In this document: positions 10,814-19,774 of the stretch, in pieces
How the letters are laid out: each line of letters opens with the position of its first letter
How positions within the stretch are numbered: the first letter of the stretch is position 1
Position numbers and translations under genes: made by a program
Origin: Puniceicoccales bacterium
Lineage (GTDB): Bacteria > Verrucomicrobiota > Verrucomicrobiia > Opitutales > UBA9783
Direction: 5' to 3'
Assembly (NCBI GenBank): GCA_031258545.1
Contig: JAIRMU010000019.1
Span: forward strand, 4,716-68,715
Length of the DNA: 64,000 nucleotides
Notes under the pieces: generated by a model
What the model saw: the letters and a program-made list of their open reading frames with translations, nothing else
Told to the model about the DNA's origin: nothing
Databases searched by the model: none

Positions 10814-11389
10814 GTGTCTTCCGTTCAAATACATGCATATGGCTCACCGACACTTCGCAAAAAAGCGGTGCCCATAAAACAATTCGACAAACGTCTCCAA
10901 GAACAAGTGGATCGCATGCTGCAAGCAATGTACATCGCAAACGGGATTGGACTTGCTGCCCCCCAAATGGGAGAAACACGGCAAGTCGTCGTCATCGATT
11001 TGCAAATGGAACCCAATAGCGAAACGGTTACTTTGGATGGAAAGCTTATTCCCCTACAATTGGTTCAGCCATTGGTGTTAATCAATCCCTCCTTCGATCC
11101 CTTAAATGATATTTTAATGCTAGGTGAGGAAGGCTGCCTTTCCATTCCCAATGTTCACGGACACGTCAACCGACACTTAAAAATTTTTGTAAAATACCAA
11201 GATATTGAGGGAACACCTCACGAACTTACCTGCGAACACTTGTTGGCACGTTGTATCCAACATGAAGTGGATCACCTAAATGGCATTTTATTTGTGGATC
11301 GAATCTCAAAAACGGAACGCAAAGAAAATGCAGCTATTTTAAAAGCGCTGAAAGCTCGTGGAAGTCCTGTCGAATACGAAACAACGTAA
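10814..11389 (+). CDS. def: Peptide deformylase
   Basis: GIGLAAPQ, EGCLS, QHEVDHLNG. Confidence 0.97.
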   Translation: MSSVQIHAYGSPTLRKKAVPIKQFDKRLQEQVDRMLQAMYIANGIGLAAPQMGETRQVVVIDLQMEPNSETVTLDGKLIPLQLVQPLVLINPSFDPLNDILMLGEEGCLSIPNVHGHVNRHLKIFVKYQDIEGTPHELTCEHLLARCIQHEVDHLNGILFVDRISKTERKENAAILKALKARGSPVEYETT

Positions 11390-11608
11390 TCCGACAATCT
11401 CAAATATGAGATTTAGCCCCGTGTTCCTTACCATGGCCCACAAATTTTATGTTAGATGCTTTGATAAACATATTACACCTACCATCAAATCTGTTTTTTA
11501 TAATAAGTGTGTGCCACAATTGCAAACTTACCCGAAATGGTGCCTGTTAAGTTTTGCATGTTTTTCGATTGGCTTTTAAAAAGATGGATGGTTGTATAGG
11601 ATCAAACA

Positions 11609-12184
11609 ATGGGTGCGATTGTCATCAGTTTTTCGGTAGGTTATTGCTTGGGAGCAATTCCATTTGGATTTTTAATTTCCAAAGCTTATGGCGTTCATAT
11701 TTTTCAAGTAGGCAGTGGCAATCCAGGTGCCACCAACGTGTTGAGAATTCTGGGCAAAAAAGTGGGCTACAGCGTATTTTTACTGGATGCTTGCAAGGGC
11801 TTCGTGGCCGTATTTTGCGGCACATTACTGAATATGCCCTACGTAACGCTTTTAGGTGCTTTATTAGGGCACAGTTTTTCTTTTTTTATCCACTTTAAAG
11901 GCGGCAAAGGGGTTGCCACACTCATTGGCGGTTTAGCATTTTTAATACCTATTCCATTGATACTGGGCTTGATTGTGTGGTTGAGTGTTTTCAAATTAAC
12001 CCACTACGTATCCCTAGCCTCCATCATCTTTGTGATCACTTTACCGTGTTTTAATTTTTTGTGCAATGAGGCGCCCGTACAACAAAAGCATACCTTACCC
12101 CTTATGGTATTTGCAGGTATTGTTGTGTGGTTGCATAGGACTAACTTGAAACGTCTTTGGCTAGGTAAAGAACACCGTTTTTAA
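11609..12184 (+). CDS. plsY: Glycerol-3-phosphate acyltransferase PlsY
   Basis: GAIPFG, GSGNPGATNVLR, DACKG, GH.FS.F..FKGGKGVAT, H..N.KRL..G.E. Confidence 0.95.
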   Translation: MGAIVISFSVGYCLGAIPFGFLISKAYGVHIFQVGSGNPGATNVLRILGKKVGYSVFLLDACKGFVAVFCGTLLNMPYVTLLGALLGHSFSFFIHFKGGKGVATLIGGLAFLIPIPLILGLIVWLSVFKLTHYVSLASIIFVITLPCFNFLCNEAPVQQKHTLPLMVFAGIVVWLHRTNLKRLWLGKEHRF

Positions 12185-12192
12185 CGACTATC

Positions 12193-12906
12193 ATGGCTCT
12201 CATTGTACAAAAATTTGGTGGTAGCGTATTAAACAGTGAACGGAAATTTGCAAAAATAGCGCATTCCATTGCGTATTTACATCGACAAGGGCATCAACTT
12301 GTGGTGGTTGTGTCTGCACTCAGAGGCATGACCGATCGTCTGCTACGTAAAGCCCAACGCATAGGTCCTCATATACCCAAAGGGCAAAGCTTGGATTTAC
12401 TTCTATCTCTCGGCGAACAACAGTCGTGTGCGTTCCTAGGTCTCGCGCTCAACGCTTGTGGTATACCGATAAACGTAAAAAGTGGAGCCCTCGTAGGCCT
12501 CCGAAGAACAAGAAAAAACCAATGGCAAGTGGATGTGGCAAATTATTTGAAGGCTCTCGAAAAAAATGTCGTGGTCGTCAGTGGTTTTCAGGCCTTGGAT
12601 GAACATAATAATTTAATCACTTTGGAACGTGGAGGGTCCGACTTAACTGCCCTTATTTTAACGCACGCCCTAAAGGCAGATCGTTGTCAGTTGATAAAAG
12701 ATGTTCCTGGTATCGCCACAGTAAATCCTCAATGGTCCACCCAAAAGAGGACTTTTCCCCCCAAACTAAGCTTGAATGATCTGCTCACAATTTCTAAAAA
12801 TGGTTCGCATATCGTTCAAGTACAGGCAATTCAATTTGCACAACAATATCACGTTAACTTTGAAGTCACCGATTTGCACAATCATGGCACGTACGTACAC
12901 GCCTAA
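12193..12906 (+). CDS. Aspartate kinase catalytic domain only (no ACT domains)
   Basis: MALIVQKFGGS, VVVVSA, LLSLGEQ.S, TL.RGGSD.TA, KADRC...DV.G; ends at 237 aa. Confidence 0.8.
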   Translation: MALIVQKFGGSVLNSERKFAKIAHSIAYLHRQGHQLVVVVSALRGMTDRLLRKAQRIGPHIPKGQSLDLLLSLGEQQSCAFLGLALNACGIPINVKSGALVGLRRTRKNQWQVDVANYLKALEKNVVVVSGFQALDEHNNLITLERGGSDLTALILTHALKADRCQLIKDVPGIATVNPQWSTQKRTFPPKLSLNDLLTISKNGSHIVQVQAIQFAQQYHVNFEVTDLHNHGTYVHA

Positions 12907-13033
12907 ATTGGCATTCTATCTAAAAATATTCCATCTAAAAAAATGCTAAAAAACACCCCTCTCTCCACCAACCATCTTCACATTTTACAGAGAAACAAAC
13001 ATGGCGAACACCAAAACATTCAAAACAAGTTTA

Positions 13034-13119
13034 TGGTGCTCGGGACGGGACTTGAACCCGTACGACCTTACGGTCAGAGGATTTTAAGTCCTCAGCGTCT
13101 ACCATTCCGCCACCCAAGC
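13034..13119 (-). tRNA. tRNA-Leu(UAA)
   Basis: Reverse complement folds as a cloverleaf: acceptor GCTTGGG/CCCGAGC, anticodon arm GAGGA-CTTAAAA-TCCTC, long variable arm, GGTTCAAGTCC T-arm, encoded CCA. Confidence 0.97.
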
Positions 13120-13239
13120 AACACAGTGAACAGAAAAATGAAAAAACACCTTATTTTCAACGTAAAAAAGCAACTATTTTGTAAGATTTTGATGCATTTA
13201 AAATATTGTCTTTCGTAAAATTTTATTTGTAATAAAAAA

Positions 13240-14655
13240 ATGTGTTTTCTATTGTACCTGGGTAGAGGTTTTACATTATGTGTAGGCATAGGTTGCTATT
13301 TTTCCATAGTCCCCGTATCCATAGGCTGGGTAGGATTAACAACATGTGTGTGTCTACGCTACTGTTTTGATCAAAAATTTAAGTCAACATTTCACAATTT
13401 TCACAAAAGAATATTTTTTTGGAAACCCGCATGTTGCATCGTTTTCGTGGCACTTTTGGGTATTACATATTCTAATGCCTCATTAGCGGTGAGCATTTAC
13501 GGATTTAGAAAATATGCCTATTTTCTATTATTCGTCTTCTTATTACCCTACTTTTACCACGATAAAAAATCTGCATCTCTATTATTAGGCAGCTTTTCCC
13601 TCGGCAGTTTGTTATGTTTTTTTTACAGCGTTTTGTTTCACAGATATAGGTTCTATATGAATCCAATTGCCGTAAGCTTATTTTTTGCCCTTGTGCTCCT
13701 TTGGACTCACTTGACTTTGTATCACACACCTAAACACCTAATCATTCGTATTGGTTTTATAGGAGTGCTGGGTTACCATCTACTTTATATCAATACGGAA
13801 AAAACAGGATTTGTTGTGTTTGTCATCGGATACAGCTTAATGATACTTGTTTTTCTAAAAAAATATTTTCTGCGCTCACTTTTATCCGCACTGCTGGTTG
13901 GCTCAGTTGCCGCTTGCGCTTACAAAAAACCCACTGTTTTATTAACACGTACTCAAAGATTCGCACACACACAGTATAACGCAATACTTACTTGGGTAAA
14001 ACCCTTACACAACTCTTATACACTACGCTGTTCAAGAGTAATCCAGTTATTTAAGCAAAAATTTATGGGGCATAAACCCTACCCTTTCAGACAATCTTTC
14101 GCCCATCATCTCCATAGGTATATGGAAATAAAACCCTTTAAGCAGCTTCCATCACTCTCACAATTAAATTACATGCACCTAGGCTGCTGGGGAATTTCAT
14201 TTGACGCCTCCAAACAATTTGACGCCTCCACTTCAGAACGCTTAGAAATGGCGCGACAATGCTTCACCTTAGTCAAGCAAAAACCACTCATAGGTCATGG
14301 GACCTGCGCTTTTGGACAATCACTGATACACCATAACTGGAATTACATCGGTGAAACAGTTGCTTTTGAACAACGTGCTCAACCCCATAACGAATGGTTA
14401 CATATTTACGTACAGTGGGGATTATTGGGAATGATTGCATTTACGTATTGGTTTGGTTACAGTTTTTATTATGGCTGGAAACACAGACATGAATTTTACG
14501 GCCAAGCACTCATTACTTTAAATGGCGCTTATCTCATTGCTGGCTGTTGTGATTCCGTATTTTTTGCAGCCAGTTATAGACTCGCATACATATTCCTGTT
14601 GTGTGCAATCGTGGCAAAACTCGCAGAAAAAGAGCCGAAAGAGGGTAAGGAGTAA
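13240..14655 (+). CDS. O-antigen ligase / O-oligosaccharyltransferase family (Wzy_C) membrane protein
   Basis: Multi-TM protein; S.SERLEMARQCFTLVKQKPLIGHG..AF and PHNEWLHIYVQWGLLG motifs. Confidence 0.8.
   Translation: MCFLLYLGRGFTLCVGIGCYFSIVPVSIGWVGLTTCVCLRYCFDQKFKSTFHNFHKRIFFWKPACCIVFVALLGITYSNASLAVSIYGFRKYAYFLLFVFLLPYFYHDKKSASLLLGSFSLGSLLCFFYSVLFHRYRFYMNPIAVSLFFALVLLWTHLTLYHTPKHLIIRIGFIGVLGYHLLYINTEKTGFVVFVIGYSLMILVFLKKYFLRSLLSALLVGSVAACAYKKPTVLLTRTQRFAHTQYNAILTWVKPLHNSYTLRCSRVIQLFKQKFMGHKPYPFRQSFAHHLHRYMEIKPFKQLPSLSQLNYMHLGCWGISFDASKQFDASTSERLEMARQCFTLVKQKPLIGHGTCAFGQSLIHHNWNYIGETVAFEQRAQPHNEWLHIYVQWGLLGMIAFTYWFGYSFYYGWKHRHEFYGQALITLNGAYLIAGCCDSVFFAASYRLAYIFLLCAIVAKLAEKEPKEGKE
14199..14230 (+). 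repeat. In-frame 18-nt-period tandem duplication
   Basis: ATTTGACGCCTCCA at 14199-14212 and 14217-14230 (FDASKQ-FDASTS). Confidence 0.85.
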
Positions 14656-14853
14656 AGAGAATTTCTAAGACCTCCGAGAACAGATTACTAGATGATATAT
14701 GTTTGTTTGGCTATTTGCAAAATAGTACCATATTTCTCAAAAAATGTTTCCTTGTGTATCTTCCGATCTTGCAAATTATTTTTATGTTTTCATAGTATTT
14801 TTTTCAACAGTGAATATTCATAGAATAAACCATCTTCGAAAAAGTCAAATGTC

Positions 14854-15618
14854 ATGAAACTTTTCAGGGCCGTTATTGAGTACTTCTTCAGCTGTGTAAT
14901 TGCGTTTTTTTGTTTGCCAGCAATCTTGGGTTTTGCGCTATTAATCTATTTGTATGATCGACAAAATCCGTTTTACATATCGTTGCGTGTTGGGAAAAAC
15001 GGCAAAGTATTTAAAATGGTCAAGCTGCGAACAATGTCTCCGGCTAAAACTGAAGATGAAAACGAAACTACGTTAGAGCGTCTTAATAAGATAGCTTCTC
15101 CAAATGATGATGAGCGTATCACCTCTATAGGGAGATTGGTGCGACGCATTAAAATTGATGAATTTGCTCAAATCATAAATGTACTTAAAGGAGATATAAA
15201 ACTGGTTGGCCCGAGACCGCAATTGCCAATAGAAGTATCGCGTTATACAAACCTGGAAAAGAATATTTTAAATGTAAAACCTGGAATTACAGATATATCT
15301 TCTATTGTTTTTGCCGATCAAGGTGATATTTTAAAGAACATAGAAAACCCATACTTGCTTTACGCGCAAATTGAATTGCCTTGGAAATCACGTTTGGCAC
15401 TGTTATATGTACAACATGCGTCGTTTTGGCTAGATATACGATTAATATTTTATACTTTTACAAATATGTTTGCAAGACGATGGACGTTAAGACGTCTGTC
15501 TCACATCGTTGAAAAGTGGCCATCAGATGTTAAAGACTTACCAAAAATTGTGGGTCGATCAATACCCTTATACCCTTATCCAGTCCCAGGTTCTAGCGAT
15601 ATTATTACAAAGTTGTAA
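14854..15618 (+). CDS. Small phosphoglycosyl transferase (bacterial sugar transferase, PglC/WcaJ C-terminal type)
   Basis: RVGKNGKVFKMVKLRTM, D.RIT.IGR..R..KIDE..Q..NVLKGD..LVGPRP, VKPGIT. Confidence 0.9.
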   Translation: MKLFRAVIEYFFSCVIAFFCLPAILGFALLIYLYDRQNPFYISLRVGKNGKVFKMVKLRTMSPAKTEDENETTLERLNKIASPNDDERITSIGRLVRRIKIDEFAQIINVLKGDIKLVGPRPQLPIEVSRYTNLEKNILNVKPGITDISSIVFADQGDILKNIENPYLLYAQIELPWKSRLALLYVQHASFWLDIRLIFYTFTNMFARRWTLRRLSHIVEKWPSDVKDLPKIVGRSIPLYPYPVPGSSDIITKL

Positions 15619-15721
15619 CTTTTAAGTATGTTACGAGATCCATGATAAATATAGGGGCAATGTTTTTTATTAAAATCAAATTAAATCTTCCTTTTTTTTT
15701 GCAATATTATATAAAAAATTC

Positions 15722-16615
15722 ATGCATTTATGTTTAGGGTGTGTAGCTTTGGGTGGCTATGATTACGGTGCACTAGATGAAAAAACTTGCCTAGATACTG
15801 TGTATGCGGCTCTAGATAATAATATTACCCATTTTGATACAGCTAATATTTATGGATTAGGCAGATCCGAAGAAATACTTGGGTTAGCCCTACAAAATAG
15901 AAATGAAATAATTATAACAACCAAATTCGGAGTTTGTTGGGATCACAACCAAAAAACAACTTATAAAGATATTTCATCTAAGGGGATTCGTTGTGCTTTA
16001 GAAGGCAGCTTGAAACGCTTAAAACGTGACACAATTGACCAATATCTTATTCATTGGCATGATGGAAAAACAAACTTGTCAGAAGTAGTAGAGACTTTGG
16101 ATAAATTAAAGGATGAAGGCAAAATAAAAGCCTATGGATGTTCTAATTTTAAGGAAGAGCACATGTCCCCTTTCGTAAATAAATTTTCAATTATACAAAT
16201 GCCATATAATATGATCCAAAAAGAGACAGAACCTATTTTGCGTTTTTGCGCAAAAAATAATTATGAAACGATGGCATACAACATATTGGAGAGAGGTTTA
16301 TTGACTGGGAAATATGATTTACGTACTGTGAAATTTCTTGGAACAGATACACGGCAACATTCTTTTTTCTTTGATAAAAACAAAGAAAGATTTTTTAAAA
16401 CAGGATTGGATACATTACGTCTCTTGGCAAAAGATAAAAAGGTTACGATGGCCAATTTGGCAATTGCCTATGTAACACACAAGTCTTTTATTTCGTGTCT
16501 TGTTGTTGGCGCGAAAAGTAGAGAGCAGGTTCTCGAAAATACTAAAGCGTTACAAATACGTTTAACAAAAGAAGAGTGTTTGCTATTGGATAACGCATTT
16601 AATAATACGTTTTAA
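15722..16615 (+). CDS. Aldo/keto reductase
   Basis: LCLGC, FDTANIYG.G.SEE.LG, TKFG, SLKRLK.D.ID.Y..HW, GKIKAYGCSN, Q.PYN. Confidence 0.92.
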   Translation: MHLCLGCVALGGYDYGALDEKTCLDTVYAALDNNITHFDTANIYGLGRSEEILGLALQNRNEIIITTKFGVCWDHNQKTTYKDISSKGIRCALEGSLKRLKRDTIDQYLIHWHDGKTNLSEVVETLDKLKDEGKIKAYGCSNFKEEHMSPFVNKFSIIQMPYNMIQKETEPILRFCAKNNYETMAYNILERGLLTGKYDLRTVKFLGTDTRQHSFFFDKNKERFFKTGLDTLRLLAKDKKVTMANLAIAYVTHKSFISCLVVGAKSREQVLENTKALQIRLTKEECLLLDNAFNNTF

Positions 16616-17030
16616 CCTTTAATTTAAGTATGCTTATAACTATAAAATGCTAATTTTTTAAAAATTAAGTATTCACTTAAAGATCAACAAATAATATCCA
16701 CAACGCATGTTAACATTTGCAAAATAGAGCAACATTGCTTGCAGAACACCTCTTTGTGCGTTTAATGACGATCCCCATAAATGGAGTGTATCCTTGCAGG
16801 TTCTGACTTTTTAAGAGTTTACTTTTTGCACCTTAGAGGCTTTGTATAGGCAGAAGACGCTGGGGGTTTTTAACACAAAGGTCAACGCAAGGGCAAATGT
16901 GTGTATGCGATAAAGCTCATGTTGGTTTTTAATTTCACATGCTTTCGGGTTTTTAAATTCCAACTGCCGTTTCCATCGTTTGTATTTGGCAAAAAGTAAA
17001 TTTTCGGACCTGGGGTAACTTTTTCAAACG

Positions 17031-18365
17031 TCACCTTTTCTTCAATGTAAGTGCGAAAAATATGCCTCCCAAGATAGATGTTACGACGAATGAAATGTAG
17101 GCGGCACTCCAACCCCAATACTTGGCAATCGTGGGAATACCAATACCTACACATCCACCGGCCAAATAACCTACCGTGCCCGTTAAGCCTGCAGCGGCGG
17201 CAGCGGCTTTTTTGGAACCAAATTCGGCTCCCGATAATCCACCCAACGTTTGAGGTCCATAAATTAAAAATCCGGTAACAGCCCAAAACATTGTATCCAC
17301 AAATGGACTTGCCATCCATGCATTCCACAAAGGATCTTGCACAACACTGGTAAGAATCCAATAAATTCCAATGACAACACCCAATAAAATCATCATGTAA
17401 GCACCGCAAACGCCTCTTCGACTCGGCATGTATTTGTCCGTAAACCAACCCACAAATAAACCGCCCAACAATCCCCCTGCCTCTAAAACGGCCACCTTGC
17501 AACCGGCTACCATAACACCACTTTGTTGAGTTTGTGCAATGATGGTGGGCCCCCAACAAAAGTATCCCATTCTGACAAAATAAACAAAAAAGTTAGCAAC
17601 GCAAACAATCCACAAACGGTAATTAAATAAAATATGCTCTTTAAAAACGGTAAAAAAACTCTCACGCACGTCCGATGGAGGAGCATCCTCTTCAACTTGC
17701 AAACCTTCATAAACTTCTACAGGTGGCAATCCCAGAGATTCGGGTGTATCTCTTAAACGATCCCACAACCAAATTGCGATGGCAAAGCAAATGACGGACG
17801 GAACAATAAAAAGATAACGCCAGGAATAACATTCCAACAACCAAGCACCGCCCAATAAAATGCAGATGCTGCCTATTTGATGCGAAGCGTTTACAATCCC
17901 CCATCGCATGCCCAATTCACGTGGCCCAAACCACTGGGTTAGAGTTCTGGCGACAGAGGGCCAGCCCATCGATTGGAAACAAGCGCTTATGGCCAACATC
18001 AAACCGAACCAAAATGCCGAATGACAGCACCCTGCAATCAAACTGACAAATGCAGCACACGCCAAACCAACAGGCATAAAGTAACGGGCGTTGGAACGGT
18101 CACAAATAGCTCCGCTTACAAATTTAAAAATACCATAAATAATGGAAAAAACAGAAAATCCCCAACCCACCGCCTCGGCGCTAAAAGGGAATTTTGGAGA
18201 CGTTTTGGCCATGGAAAAATTCTGCCTTACGAGGTAAAAAGAAGCGTATCCTACGATGAGGCCATACGTAAGCCTACGACGCCAATATGCATATTCCCGA
18301 CTCACTCCATCTGCCATTTTATAATTATTTTCGGTTGCTTCGTAAGGACGTACACTTTGCGACAT
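17031..18365 (-). CDS. Organophosphate:Pi antiporter (MFS, GlpT/UhpT/UhpC family)
   Basis: GYASFYLVRQN, YGIFKFVSGAICDRSNARYF, FQSMGW, WGIVNASH.IG, RDTPESLGLPP.E, LIYGPQ.L.G. Confidence 0.9.
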   Translation of the reverse strand: MSQSVRPYEATENNYKMADGVSREYAYWRRRLTYGLIVGYASFYLVRQNFSMAKTSPKFPFSAEAVGWGFSVFSIIYGIFKFVSGAICDRSNARYFMPVGLACAAFVSLIAGCCHSAFWFGLMLAISACFQSMGWPSVARTLTQWFGPRELGMRWGIVNASHQIGSICILLGGAWLLECYSWRYLFIVPSVICFAIAIWLWDRLRDTPESLGLPPVEVYEGLQVEEDAPPSDVRESFFTVFKEHILFNYRLWIVCVANFFVYFVRMGYFCWGPTIIAQTQQSGVMVAGCKVAVLEAGGLLGGLFVGWFTDKYMPSRRGVCGAYMMILLGVVIGIYWILTSVVQDPLWNAWMASPFVDTMFWAVTGFLIYGPQTLGGLSGAEFGSKKAAAAAAGLTGTVGYLAGGCVGIGIPTIAKYWGWSAAYISFVVTSILGGIFFALTLKKR

Positions 18366-18416
18366 TAAAAATCCCTTTGTTTTTATTAGCGTTCTTAAAT
18401 CCTATAATCAAAAAAA

Positions 18417-18446
18417 ATCATAGTTTACACAAAAAACTCTTTGCAA
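18417..18446 (-). promoter_or_regulatory. Putative sigma70 promoter of the sugar-phosphate transporter
   Basis: TTGCAA-N18-TATGAT on the minus strand. Confidence 0.45.
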
Positions 18447-18481
18447 ATCTTTTTATTGAAAATGTGATCTCTGCACATGGT

Positions 18482-19738
18482 TCATGTTTTTGATGCCTTG
18501 TGTCGCTTTTTTCGAGCAAATTTAGCATTATAACAACAGGCCCCCGGCATTTTTTTAGTTTTCTTTGATTTTTCTCCTTCAGACACTTTAATAGGTTCAA
18601 AATCGGGCCAAAAAACTTTCGCCGATGTCACCGGAATTTCCTTTTGAATACATTTTTCAATGTGCCTTAGCAGGGATTTTTCTCCGGAATCGCAAAATGA
18701 AAAAGCACATCCTCTATTGCCGGCACGCCCCGTTCGCCCAATACGATGCACGTAACCATGCGGCTCTTCGGGCAAGTCGTAATTAATCACGTGCGTGATA
18801 TCCGCCACATCGATACCGCGTGAGGCCACATCGGTGGCCACCAGGACACGTATGGTTCCCAATTTGAATTTATTTAACGCTTTTTCACGCTCCCGTTGCG
18901 ATTTATCTCCATGGATGGCGGATGAAGCCACCTCGCCTCTCTTTAGTCCTTGGCAAACTCGATCGGCGGCAAACTTTGTGCGCGTGAAAACCAACACACG
19001 TCTGCAGGCATCGTGTTTTAAAATATTGCGCAGTAGTTCTTGCTTTTGCGATTTCTGCACAAAAAATAAGCTCTGCTCAACATTTTTAGAAGCCGTTGCA
19101 GGAGGTGTGATGTCTATACGTACGGGATGATTTAAAAATTGATCCGACAGATACTCTATTGATTGTGGTAAAGTGGCCGAAAATAACAAAGTTTGTCGGC
19201 ATTTGGGCAATTGCTTAACAATACGTTCTATATCCGGTAAAAATCCCATATCCAGCATGCGATCCGCTTCATCTAACACGCAACATTGAACATATTTTAG
19301 GGAAAAACAGTTTTGTTGCAAAAGATCTAAAAAACGGCCCGGCGTAGCCACCAAAACGTCAACCCCTTGATGCAACATGTGTATTTGAGGTTTTTCGTTA
19401 ATGCCACCAAAAATAACGCCGTACCTTAATTTTAAATATTTCCCATAATCTTTTAGTTTTTTATGGATTTGCGCGGCCAATTCTCTCGTGGGAGTTAAAA
19501 TAATCGACCTTGGCAAATGCCAACTTTTCGCAATACGATCTTCGCTTAAACGATGCAATAAAGGTAAGACGAACGCAGCCGTTTTACCGGTTCCCGTTTG
19601 TGCGATACCTAGAAAATCGCTCCCGGCTAATACATGTGGTATGGCTTGTTGCTGTATCGGTGTGGGTGTCGTGTAAGATTGTTCCGACAATGCTTTTAAA
19701 ATAGATGTATTAAGATTTAAATCTGCAAAATGACTCAT
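18482..19738 (-). CDS. DEAD-box RNA helicase (RhlE-like)
   Basis: Q motif TPTPIQ, AQTGTGKT, PTRELA, DEADRMLDMGF, SAT, ATDVASRGID, HRIGRTGRAG. Confidence 0.95.
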   Translation of the reverse strand: MSHFADLNLNTSILKALSEQSYTTPTPIQQQAIPHVLAGSDFLGIAQTGTGKTAAFVLPLLHRLSEDRIAKSWHLPRSIILTPTRELAAQIHKKLKDYGKYLKLRYGVIFGGINEKPQIHMLHQGVDVLVATPGRFLDLLQQNCFSLKYVQCCVLDEADRMLDMGFLPDIERIVKQLPKCRQTLLFSATLPQSIEYLSDQFLNHPVRIDITPPATASKNVEQSLFFVQKSQKQELLRNILKHDACRRVLVFTRTKFAADRVCQGLKRGEVASSAIHGDKSQREREKALNKFKLGTIRVLVATDVASRGIDVADITHVINYDLPEEPHGYVHRIGRTGRAGNRGCAFSFCDSGEKSLLRHIEKCIQKEIPVTSAKVFWPDFEPIKVSEGEKSKKTKKMPGACCYNAKFARKKRHKASKT

Positions 19739-19774
19739 ATGGACGAATAAAAGTTGAACCCTGACTTTAAATGC

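Noticed and set aside
12907-13218. In-frame continuation after the aspartokinase stop as a possible read-through ACT domain
   Set aside because: The translation is not ACT-like and runs through the tRNA-Leu gene
15692-15700. T9 run upstream of the AKR as a phase-variable promoter spacer
   Set aside because: No convincing -35/-10 pair flanks it, and it lies in AT-rich DNA
16882-17559. 225-aa same-strand alternative-frame ORF in the sugar-phosphate transporter
   Set aside because: Overlaps a well-supported gene, and its composition is unlike a real protein
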